DNA of 63,997 bases, counting the filler, from Collodictyon triciliatum (lineage: Eukaryota): the NCBI GenBank assembly GCA_043381765.1. It is 5 parts of 5 records of this genome, joined end to end, with 100 filler letters (N's around TTAATTAATTAA, not from the genome) between each part and the next. Parts side by side here need not be neighbours in the genome. Positions count along the whole stretch, not along the records: positions 25,809 to 38,589 come from JBHJMP010002100.1; positions 38,690 to 51,479 come from JBHJMP010002101.1; 3 more parts are not named here. The stretch is one strand, 5' to 3'. Made by a program: the position numbers and the translations under genes. Under the pieces are notes generated by a model. It did not search any database. It was not told where the DNA came from and saw only the letters and a list, made by a program, of their open reading frames with translations. This document shows, in pieces, positions 35,849 to 47,006 of the stretch (its first letter is position 1; the number at the start of each line of letters is the position of its first letter).

Positions 35849-37576
35849 TTAGTCAAACAGCTGCAGCTGAATGATGTCCTCGTAGTCCATGCCATCCTCG
35901 TTTGTCCAGCAAGGAAGAGAGGTAAAGCCGCGAGGGACGCGCTTCAGTGCCACTGAGCGTCTGTGACTTATCCTCAGTTTGATGAGCCCAGTAAGATGTG
36001 TCACCTCGACCGGGAGAGATTCAATCTAGACGATATGTTAAAAGAATTGATAGCTAGAAGGCATGGAGCTAACGACAAAGCAACTGGCTTGCTTCGGTCG
36101 CATAATGAAAAGAAAGAAGAAAAAGATGAGGGATAAAAAGATGGGAAGGGAACTCCTCCAGAGAGAAAGAGAAAGGGAAAGGGAAAGGGAAAGGGAAAGG
36201 GAAAGAGAAAGAGAAAGAGAAAGAGAAAGAGAAAGAGAAAGAGAAAGAGAAAGAGAAAGAGAAAGAGAAAGAGAAAGAGAAAAAGAGAAAGACCGTACGG
36301 GGTTGCCCCAGATGGCAAGGTAACTGAGTCTTGTGAGGCCGGAGATGCCAGGAGGCAGTGCAGAGAGGGAGTTCTCAGCCAGGTTCAAGTCCCTCAGATG
36401 CACCAGAGACGAAATCTCCGGGGGCAGTGAAGAGATCTGGTTGGAGACGAGGTAGAGGTCCGCGAGGAGCGAGAGGCTGCAGATTTCGATGGGGAAGGTG
36501 GTGAACTTGTTCTGATTGAGCTGGAGGGTGGTGATGTTTGTCAGGAGGGAGAAGGAGGCAGGGAGGGAGGAGAAGCAGTTGTCGATCATGTTGAGTTTGC
36601 AGAGGGAGGCTAGCTGCGAGAAGTTCTCGGGGAGAGCCGAGAGGCTGTTGCGGCAGGCATGGAGGTCCTTGAGGTGCCGGAGGTGGGCGACCTCGTCGGG
36701 GAGCTGCGCCGGGGTCTTGTCGTCGAGATAGAGACAGGTGCAGGCGGCAATCTCGCCGGGGGGGCCGTAGAGTGGGCGCAGCCTGTCGAGGTTCTTGACG
36801 GCGCCGTCCGCATAGCAGGCCAGCAGGTTTGCGGGGATCTGGTCGGGAGCCACGCCCGAGAGGTAGAGGGCCCTGAGGTTGGTGAGGGCGGAGAGGCCGG
36901 GCGGCAGGGCGCTGAAGGCGTTGTCGTGCAGCTCCAGGACGGCGAGGGCCGTGAGCGCAGAGAGCCCGTCGGGCAGCCGCGACAGGCCATTGCCGCTGGC
37001 CTGCAGCCGCGAGAGGCCGCCAAGGCCCGAGACCCCGGCCGGCAGCAGCTCCAGCCGGTTGGAGGCGACGCGCAGCTCGGCCAGCCCGGCCCAGGCGGCA
37101 ATGCCCTCGGGCAGGGCGGCCAGGCGGTTGCCTTCCACATTCAGAAACGTCAGCCGGGTCAGCTGCGCCACGCCCGCAGGCAGCCCGCTCAGCGCGTTGC
37201 CCCCCAGATTTAGATGCTCCAGCGCCGTCAGCAGCGACACGCCCGCAGGCAGCTCGCTCAGCGAATTGCCCTCCACGTTCAGCAGCGTCAGCCTCAGGAG
37301 CAGCGACAGCGTCTCGGGAAGCTCGCTCAGCGAATTGCCGGACAGGTTGACGTGCGCAAGGCCCTCCAGCAGCACGAGCCCTGCAGGTACCCGGCCCAGC
37401 GTCCGCTGCTGCGACAGCGACAGCCACGTGCAGCTTGCAAGCGTCTCCGGCCCGTCTTCCGGGTTCCACCTCGGCCCGAGCGCCAGCAGCTCCTGCAGAA
37501 GTTGTCCGCGCTCTTCCTCGCCGCTTGTTGTTGTTGTTGTTGTTGCTGTTGTTGTTGTTGCTGCTGGCTCAGACAT
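35849..37576 (-). CDS. Leucine-rich repeat protein A (GC-rich, two exons: 36299-37576 and 35849-36025)
   Basis: Repeating LxxLxxLxLxxNxLxxLP units. Donor after AIWGNP (gtacgg), an intron containing a (GAAAGA)n tract, and an acceptor before IESLPVEVTHLTGLIKLRISHRRSVALKRVPRGFTSLPCW...FD*. Confidence 0.92.
36160..36291. repeat. (GAAAGG)/(GAAAGA)n in the single intron of LRR gene A
   Basis: Direct reading. Confidence 0.95.
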
Positions 37577-38435
37577 CTTTGTCCGCTCTACAGGGGTGAT
37601 TAGCAAGGGAGTTTGCTTATTTTTCTGTTTTTTTCCTTATTTTTTTGGCGTAGTTATTTGGCTTCCAATCTCTCGCGTGGTGGGTTGCTTGTTCTGTCAG
37701 CTGCTGATTCATTTTCTGCTGTTCGATAACCTGCTCCCGCTCGCGCTGGTTTTTTTTATTCTGGTGGGTTTCGAAGGTGGGAATTCTGGGATTACATGGA
37801 TTCCCGAAGTTCTATGTCGTGCATCATGCCTAATTGTGGAATGCATCGCGGTCTGTTTTTTTTGTTCTTGTCTGAAAAAGCTGTGTGGACGGTAAAGTTG
37901 TGTGGAAACGGATGTCAGTCTCAGCGCTCGACTATCTGATAATGGCTGAAAAAATAATATCCAAGAGCCCCGACACGTCCAGAGTACGCCTCTCGTTCAT
38001 CTCGCACCGGCCTTTTCTAATTCTAATAGTGCAGATTCCTTAAGAAAGCTGTAGATTTCTTCGCTCCTATCCCAGGCACAACAGGTCAAGTTTCTACCAT
38101 TTTCTTCTTTTTGGTCGCATTCATTCTTTGAAGCAGATTTCTGTCGTAACTCCTACATACCGAAGTAGCCCTAAAGTAAATCGCCCAAGTTCGATGATTT
38201 GATGTGAGAGTTGATTGAGTTTAGTATTATTTTTCCAGTCTCATTTACTTTCATAATATGTTTTCAAAGCTGGGCGCACAGGGAGCCCTTGACATTGATT
38301 TATCAATCCTTTAAAATATCAAAAAAAATGCACTTGTAGATATTATTTGTATACCAGAGTTGATGACACGCTTATTAAATGTGCGTTTTTTTTTTTATGC
38401 ATGTATTTTGAAAATGGGGTTCCATATCCTTTAAC

Positions 38436-38589
38436 TTAGTCCAAAAATATAGTATCTAACTCTGATTCGGGAATAATATTAACGACTTCTTGGAAGCTGG
38501 GCCTTTCGCTCGGACTCCCAACCCAGCACCTCACCATGATTTTTTGAAGAAACGGATTCGGCAAACCAGTCAGGGAAGGACGCGCTCCT
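38436..38589 (-). CDS. C-terminal fragment of a tyrosine kinase-like (TKL/TK) protein kinase, subdomains X-XI
   Basis: Reads GARPSLTGLPNPFLQKIMVRCWVGSPSERPSFQEVVNIIPESELDTIFLD*, carrying the G-x-RP...CW...P..RPSF signature. It is absent from the ORF track. The rest of the gene is lost at the scaffold end. Confidence 0.85.
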
Positions 38590-38689
38590 NNNNNNNNNNN
38601 NNNNNNNNNNNNNNNNNNNNNNNNNNNNNNNNNTTAATTAATTAANNNNNNNNNNNNNNNNNNNNNNNNNNNNNNNNNNNNNNNNNNNN
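38590..38689. other. Artificial scaffold spacer
   Basis: N44-TTAATTAATTAA (38634-38645)-N44. Confidence 0.97.
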
Positions 38690-41600
38690 CCATGTGCATT
38701 CAGAATTTGGATAGTACTTATAATCTCCACTTCCATCAGATATAGTGAGGTCATTGGCTGTAATGTATGAGGTTCCTCGGCACCAAAGCTTGCCTGAAAT
38801 TATTTTCATGGTTAGTAAGTTGTAAATTTAGACTCCGTCTTAGACAATCTTCGCTTTATGTCTCAATAATATAATTCTTGTCCAATAGTCTCAAATTTGA
38901 ACTCAAAACCTACTCAAATCAAGTGAGTATAGTCCATTTGTGGTGTCACTCTCCGCATCGCCTCCAAACATGTATATTTTACCAGATAATAAAATGGAAG
39001 AAGAGTATGCCCTTCCTGGTGCTCTGGTTGTCTGTCCTGTAAGTAAACTCCACTCGCCAGAATCCACTTATTGGAATGGGTTTTAAATTATAAATGTTTA
39101 CAGCTTTTAAAATATGTAAAAAAAAAAAACTATTTTAAAGGTAAAAATTACCGTCGCCGATCCAAAAATCTCTTGATAGAAAATTTTGTTGATCGAATCC
39201 TCCAAAAATGAAAAGATGAACATCATATCCAAGCACAATATTAAAATCTGGAGCAGTTGGTGGCACATCTCCGTATTTTTCCCAGCTATTTTCATCTATA
39301 AATTTACTATGGTTTAATATTCGTGAATTGCTTTTCTTAAATATATATATGGATTGTGATGAAATGAAACCTTCATTCCAACACCATATTTCTCTATCCG
39401 GCACGTAGTAAGATGTGTAGTCAACAAAGCAAAATTGGTCGTGAATTAAGACACCTTGAGTTGACCATCGTACTTGTGGTATGTTTGTGGTATTCACAAT
39501 TTCAAGTCCCTCCGTATTCGACATATCAAATATTAAGATTCCATCCAATGAGTCGGTAAAATCAGACATTGCGCCACCCCAAAGGATGAATTTGTTCTCT
39601 CTAACGATGTACGCTGAATCAAATCGCATTCCAATCGAAGAGTATGTAAATGAATCCGCTATAATAGGTGACCATTCTCTTGTATCTAGGATAAAAATCG
39701 GAAACAGTCGCTAAACTTTTTTAAAAAAAAAAACATACAAAGCTACCCTTTGATGATATAATACGTATAAAGGTATTTCCATTTTTACTCACTGAATGAG
39801 AACTGAAGCATAACTGGTCCATAATATCTTCTGTAATAACCGCCAATAAGATAAGCAGTTTCGTTCCAGTAGCCAAGAGACTAATATCAAATAAAAGCAA
39901 TTAAAGTCTTCATTTCAATTTTATGCAAATAATAACAACAATAATTGTTCTAATGCAAATATAAATAATAATAATGTCAATACCAAATAAATAGACCAAT
40001 CAATCATGAATCACAACGCTAATAAACACCGAAATCTAATTGTTGCCACTTACAGCGTAAAGAACAGCAGGAGGACATGTCAGTTGAAATGGCGAACAGA
40101 CAGACTCTCGGTGAATGATATCCCATTTTTTTGAGCCTAAGAAGAAAAAAATTACCATAAGTGGGATATCAGATATTAAACCACATGTATGGGGATGTGA
40201 AAATATTGCATTTTTCTTATGTTCGATTATAATTATATTATTTAACTTACTAGCATGATATATCCATAAATCATTTATCGGCTGGTATGCTGAATAGCAT
40301 ATCTGTCCACCAAACAGGAGAATCTTTGAGTCTGATACTTTTGCAAGATGAGCAAATCTTCTGCTTAACGGATACATAGATAGGCTACTATTGGTCCAGG
40401 CATTCGCAACTAATTTGAAGTGGAAACTTTAGCTTCCAAAAAAAAAAAGCGGTAGCATTAACGGAAAGAATGCAGTATAAATATAACCTGCATCAAACAC
40501 CCAAAAGTCATTTTGGTAACAATAGCTGATACCACCGGCAGTAATTAATTTGGGTCCAATGAAAGCAGTATATGCATGAGAGCGTGGGGATGGTACGGTT
40601 ATAGGATAAGTCGAAAGGTGCGACGGTGTGCGCCCGTATATGATTCTGAAAGTGTCATGAACTAGTGGTGTATGGGATGCATTTTACTCCAAAAAGAAAA
40701 AAGCATTCTGACTAAACGGTCATATAGATGCATAATTGGAGCTAATGATTTTGCTATAACAAAGACGTAAAAACTCTTACTCAAATCAATGATTATAATG
40801 TTTCCAGAAGATATGGTTTTTCCAGCAGAAGAATACGTCCCACCAAAAATGTAAAGTGAATCTTCATATATACTCGTCGACCCAGAGACCACGGATATCA
40901 TACCCATGAACGTGGTTGGAGTTTTCCATTTATGCTCGGCTGGTGAGATGAGAATATTAAAAAAAAAAAACTATAATGAAGGTGGATTTGGTGCAGTGAT
41001 TTCATGTTCATTCGGGAAAAAAACTATACTGATGTTAAACTTCCACAAAACCGGTTGGTTGATTCCGTCATAACCATGCCCTCCGAAAATCAACAAGGAG
41101 TCTTTATAATTTGACATATGCGTGTAGTAAACCTTTGGTGCATACACTTGGTTATCATTTGCTGGAATTATGTTTCTCCAAGCCCGAGTTTCTGCGAATA
41201 TTTTTCATTTGTTATAGACTTATTTTATTGTTCCTGGGAGTGATTATGGATCAATAGTCAGTACGCACCTATATTTAAGGACCAAAGGTCGTAGGTAACG
41301 CCCCCCGTGAAGCCTGCGTACAGATAGAGATAATTTTGATATCCAACAATCTTCATATTTTCTCGCTCAGAGGGAATCGCGCCAGGTGCATATATTATCT
41401 TCTCCCATCGGAGTGAATTGAGGTCGAGGCGAAACATGTCATTGACGTTTGCTGCACCCTTAATAATTCGGCCTCCGAATAGATATAACTTTCATAATAA
41501 TAGTTTTTTTTTAATTGAGAATACTGAATTGGACAAGGGAGCTATGAAAGGATATCATATAGCTTGAAAAAAATACAAACTGAATTTTGATGTGACGTAA

Positions 41601-42331
41601 GTGCGTAAAACGTCATTCTGGGAGGTATGTCTCCTTTAGTCATTACCGAATTCCATCGAAGAGTATCTTTGGGGGCAAAAAAAAAAAAAGATAAAACGTA
41701 AATAAGACTTCAGAATATATTAAGTGTGATATACACCTGAGTTTCGTTCACCTGCGTTCAATGCCCAGATTCGCTCATAAATCAATGCATCATTTGCATA
41801 TTCATTATTTTGACTAGAATTGCAATGTTAATTTTAGGAGGAAAAAATGTCATCTTTTCGTATTGGTTTACACTGTTGCATAATCTGTTTTTTTTTAATG
41901 TACTGAATTGTGTTCATATTTGGATGTCATCTATGTCATGAACTAGTAGGTTAGAATCGTATTTGAACTCCTCACAAAGTTCCTAGGATGTAGACGGAGT
42001 CATTGTGTGATGCTATCTGGGCCAGCCCAAACTCAACAGGGCAGTTACTTTCATATTCCCACCCTTTGAATTCGATAATGGATGCATAAAATGATAACAA
42101 TCGAAAAGTGATATTGTATTTTATGATATTTTCACTTAATTCAATTCAATGACGTTTATGGTATCATATGTAATAAAACAGGGAGTGTGTGATAAACCGT
42201 GGGCTTTTAAAAAAGGAGGAAAACAACAAACCTCCCAGAATATCCTCAGCAGTCACAATGTGTGGTTGTGAGTAAAATACCCAGAAGAACAGAAACAGAA
42301 ACAGAAACATATTCTTTGCTTCCATGCGCAT
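38690..42331 (-). CDS. Secreted or cell-surface Kelch-repeat + CUB protein, paralog 2; truncated in the CUB domain by scaffold end
   Basis: Signal-like MRMEAKNMFLFLFLFFWVFYSQPHIVTA. Kelch exons LYIFGGT, ILLFGGQ, FILWGGA, LFIFGGF. Last exon KLWCRGTSYITANDLTISDGSGDYKYYPNSECTW aligns with the CUB start of paralog 1. Confidence 0.8.
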
Positions 42332-43641
42332 CGCTTTCTCCCAGACCTTTTCGTTCAAAAGATATTTGTTTTAAACGCATCAAATCACGACTGAGGATCA
42401 TATGAAACGATAGTTCTGAATTATTGCAAATAAAAAAAAAAGTAAATGTATTAAACTAAAAAATAATCCAAAAGTGTCAAACCCAATACTGTTGTAATCA
42501 AGCTAAATAACAAAACCAAAATAAAAAAAAAAGTGAACCTATGTATTAACCTTGTTCTTGAAATTATGAAACTGATCCCTGGCCCTCTGTCTTTGGTCTT
42601 TTGTGCTTGATTAGAAGAAAAAGGAGAGATGGGTCTGAGCCAATACATACACCTTTGCAACAAAGGGAAAGGAGGAGAGGAACCCGGGGAAAGAGCCAAG
42701 AAAGTAACAGCAGCAGAGGCAGGTGGTCCCACAAAAACAACTATCGGCCATGCCACTCAGGCGCTCATATGAGCCAAGTCTTCGATTCCCTATTCCCTAT
42801 TCCTTCTCCTTGTCCGCAAGGCGTGTCGGTGCTTTCCACTTGGCTCTATTACTCTACCTGTCTTGCAACTTGCCCAAACAAACTCATCAAAGTGTCTTCT
42901 CTTTCTCAGAGTCTCTTCCTTTTGCTTGGACTTTGGAAACGTATTCTCTCTCTGGGACACAATCTTCGCTTGGGGAGTTTGGCGGGTTGATTCCTTTCAA
43001 CAAAACGCGCCTCGGAGAGTGCGGAATAATTACCATTTATGGAAAAACGGCCACCTGCTTTCTCTGTGATTCTGAAAGAAATTATTTGTGCACATAATCA
43101 TGTCAACATTTCTCAATCTTCTGAATGTGGGTTCTTGGTCGAGGGTAGAACCGATGTTATGTGCTTACATCTTGGTGCGTCTGCAAATACAAACCCAAAA
43201 AAAAAAACACGAACACAAACACAAACACAAACACAAACACAAGACAGAGGACAAATAACTAATTTTGACAAACGGCAGATTCTCACTTTTTTTTTCTCTC
43301 TCTCTTTGATTTAATTCTTTTTCATGATAAAACAAATGACAATAATGTGGTACCCCAGCGAGGGAAAAGTGAGAGGGAGAAGGGGGTTGTGTAGACGTCA
43401 AAACAAAAGGAATTAATAGAAGGTGCCAGCGAGATACGCTTGTGGAAACTGATGACCAAACGGGTCGGGTGAGAAAAATAAAACGAATTAAATAAAAAGA
43501 ATATTGAGTCAGGCCAACCAAAGTATGAACCAAGACGGAGGATGGGTTCACACCCAATCTTTCCTTGCGTCAAGCCGACTAGTTTCTTATTCCTCGATTC
43601 ATTTTCTTCTTCTCCTCGCTTATCAGCTAATGCCGTTGTAA

Positions 43642-46156
43642 TTACGACACAGCATGAAGGGGAGCAAATATCGCTCTTCGAGACAGCCCAACGCGTGGAG
43701 CACGCACCATTCCGGGTAGTTTAACTGGCTCGAGCGCTCCTTTTGGACCTACAGAAGTAGAAGCAGAAGGCGCTTTCAATTGAATATCATTCAAGAAATT
43801 TCCTTATTACATGGGCCATTTTGCATCGTCTGTGCCGACGTTTCTTTTTCCATAGAAAAACTGAGTTGGGCGGAATGAAGCAAAAAAATGAAGAAAGGAA
43901 GAAAAAAGAAGCATCTACAAATTACCGCGTTGTGATGCAAGACTGGTTATGTCATTAGACAACGACCACACGCTTGACGAGGGTATACATAAAAGATGAC
44001 TATAAAAAAAAGAGAGAGAGAGGGAGGACAAATGCATACTCTTCATGCCGGGTCGCGGAGAAGGAGAGGGTGCCGGAGAAGCTGGATGATCCACAGAGTC
44101 TTCTGTCTCAATCCTACGCAACTTTGACTGTACTGGTGTCGTCGGCACTATGATGGGTGTAGGGAATAATTGTGAGCCTATTTACCCTAGATGATAACCC
44201 AAAAGCAAGAACCAGAGACAAGAGCAAAAACTGGGCAGGGATAAATAAAACACTCAAAGGTGCGATGAACCCAGGATAAAAGGTGGTTCTCCGTGAGTTA
44301 GAAAGTTTCAGTATGGATGCATTCATTATCCTTGGTTTTCTTTTTAATTGGGAATGGAGGGCCGTCGATGTTCAGCAATAATTGGTTTGGGCATGCACCA
44401 CTAATGATGTGGAATGCTCTGGAAGGGAATGAGAGGAGGGCGATAAAAGAACTCGGACAAACCTTTGCAATCGGGAGTGTCGTGGGAGTAGGAAGGCGAG
44501 GCAGAGGAAGCTGGGGAGAGACGCTGCGGGGTTTCTGCCTTGGGTGTAGCAGGTCGTCCCCTTTTTGCTGGAGCTTTGACTAGCGTTGGTTCTTTTGCAT
44601 CGTCCTTGCTCTGGGCAGCCTCTTTTTCGGTGGTTGTTTTCTACATTGAAAGAAACATCTCTATTTCAGAAAACTTTTTCTTTTAGTTGGTGGGACAACT
44701 ATTATGACCTGTGTTGATAAAGGGTACTTACTCTCTTGGCTGTTGGCTTCATCTGTGCTTGTGCTTGTGCTTGTGCTTGTGCTTGTGCTTGTGCTTGTGC
44801 TTGTGCTTGTGCTTGTGCCATTTTTCTCGGATTTGGTGGTTCATCATCATCCATACTATCGTTGAACTGAAGACATAGGTTCTTCTCTTTCTCTTTCTCT
44901 TTCTCTTTCTCTTTCTCTTTCTCTTTCTCTTTCTCTTTCTCTTTCTCTTTCTCTTTCTCTTTCTCTTTCTCTTTCTCTTTCTCTTTTGCATCTTCTTCTT
45001 CCATTTCAAAGTCCTCGCTTATTTTTTCATCATCAGACAACTCTAGAAGCTCACCAGCAACTTTGCTGCATATATTCCGTGCTTGCATCCCAAAATCCAA
45101 GTCCTAACGCACAAACTTGATTTAATATATGTATTCATTTCGATGTAAGTCAGTCCTGCAGTGGCGATGCGCGCATCCATCAGCCACAGAATATAAGAGG
45201 AAACAACAGATTTTCCATACACAACCAAAAGTAAACATACCTCAGAATCAGAGGAACTTGACGAGTCGGAAGAACTTAGTTCGAGGTCAGAATCGGAATA
45301 CTCCTTTTCCTTTTTGGATTTTGGTTTGCTTTTAGACTTATCTAACGGACTGGATTCATTTTCGGCGGTCTTTTTTCTCCCCCTTGTAGACTTTAAGGGT
45401 TCGCTCTTTTTTGCATTCTTTGTAGTAACTGCTGCTGCTGCTTTTTTCTCTACGTTTACATGCAAGATTACAAACCCACAATTATCGGCCGAAGAAGAGT
45501 GTTAGAAGGTAAGAGATAGAGGTGTATCTTTTCACGGCGATTAATTCGGCGCAGCGAAGAGAACCAACCCAAAATCTGCTTGAGTACGAATGGATAAGAA
45601 TCATGTCAAAGGTTAAAGAGACCACATGCCTGGAGGTTTCTCATTCTTCGCGGAGCTTCTTGTTTGTCTTGTTTTAGTGACGACATCTTGCGGTGACACC
45701 TGCAGTTTAATGTGAAAACAATCAAACTATTCAATCGCAATGAGGGTTTGTATCAGAAGGTGAGATTTCTTTACTGACGAAATGTTAATTCCTGAATTAC
45801 ATAATAACCGGAGCCTCAAGCCCAACAAAATAAACAGCTGTTATGAACATCTGCTTCGCAAAAAAGGAAGATGATATTGTGGGTGTCAGCCTTATGTGCT
45901 GTAATCTCGTGGATAGGGATGTGAATGGCATTGCGCGTACCTGGGTCTCCTTTTTCTGAGGCTCCTTCTTTGGGGGTGGACTTTCCTTTTGCTGAGCCGA
46001 GCGTCCTCTTCTTGGCATATCTGCGATAGGTGCTGGCGCAGGTGCGGTCGAAGCTGCGGCTGTGGAGGCTCTTTTGGAGCGAGTTCGAGTAGATGCGAAG
46101 CCGACCATGTTCTGGTTGGATTCTTCGAAATCGTCATCATGGTCTAGGCCAACCAT
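43642..46156 (-). CDS. Intrinsically disordered K/E/S-rich protein with a C-terminal RAD51AP1-type motif (RAD51AP1-like)
   Basis: Low-complexity basic/acidic exons (DHDDDFEES, TRGRKK, KRGRP, SDSSSSSDSE). The last exon ends APRVGLSRRAIFAPLHAVS* (compare RAD51AP1 RLGLSRLARVKPLH). The 5' end is uncertain and may extend to about 46430. Confidence 0.55.
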
Positions 46157-47006
46157 ATTTGAAAGGTGCAGCCTGTGTGTCTTGTTTGTAAATCTATTGG
46201 GTACAAAGAAAAGGGATGTCATGTAAGACGTCAGGGCCTTCTCGCCGTCATAAACCGAGGCAGGGTAAACCACCATTGAAAAGGATACATATCTAAAAAG
46301 AAATACTATGAAATCATGAGCGAATACATTTAGACTATCTTCCGAAAATTCGGTGTAGACAAAGTCCCTTTTCTTGCAATGCGTATTCCTTATCTTTGCT
46401 TCGTCCCTGTTCTCGGCGCTGGGCAACTGCCCGTTAGATATCGCTCATGTCTGTGTTTGTGCTTTCACCCCGTTTTATTGCTGCCCTGATGGCCGTCCGC
46501 TAAATCCCTGGACTATATCGCCCCACCTCCACGCGTGTGATGGAACGCCCCCTTTTTCTACCCAGGCCTCTGCCGTCTCTGGGCTCCAGTCCCTTTTTTC
46601 GCCGAACCCGCCTGTCCGCCCAAGAACTGGGCCCTCGTTTCGCCGAAGGTTCAGGGTGCCATCCCTCAGTGTACTAATGTGGAAATAGTGGATATGCTTT
46701 GGGCTCGAGGGCGGAATTTCACTTGCATCTGATTGGCTGTCGCTTGCACACCTTTTTTTTGTTTTTTCTGTTTTTTTCTGTTTTCCTTATCGTTTCTTCG
46801 GTTTTCGATATTACATTCATATTTCTTTAATTATGCAATTTGTAGTGGAATACGTATAATGGAAGTAATAAGACGAAAAAATTGGACAACATTCATAACA
46901 GACGACTAGTAATAGTGCCAGGTTTTTTTTTTAAAAAAAAAGAAAAAATAGATTTATCTCATGCTTTTCTTTTCTTGAAGAGCTGATCAAGGGTCCAGTA
47001 TCGCAA

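Noticed and set aside
36375-37895. Several long overlapping and antisense ORFs over LRR gene A
   Set aside because: Shadow ORFs expected from very high GC content. Only the LRR frame has domain structure.
38436-42331. Kelch-CUB ectodomain followed on the same strand by a kinase C-terminus, suggesting one receptor kinase gene
   Set aside because: The two parts are separated by an artificial spacer joining size-matched scaffolds, so the adjacency is not evidence. Only a transcript could link them.
43790-46450. In-frame TAA codons near plausible coding sequence (43804-43809; ATGAGCGATATCTAA near 46440) suggesting stop-codon reassignment
   Set aside because: Normal splicing bypasses the first. 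TAA, TAG and TGA all terminate well-supported genes in this window.
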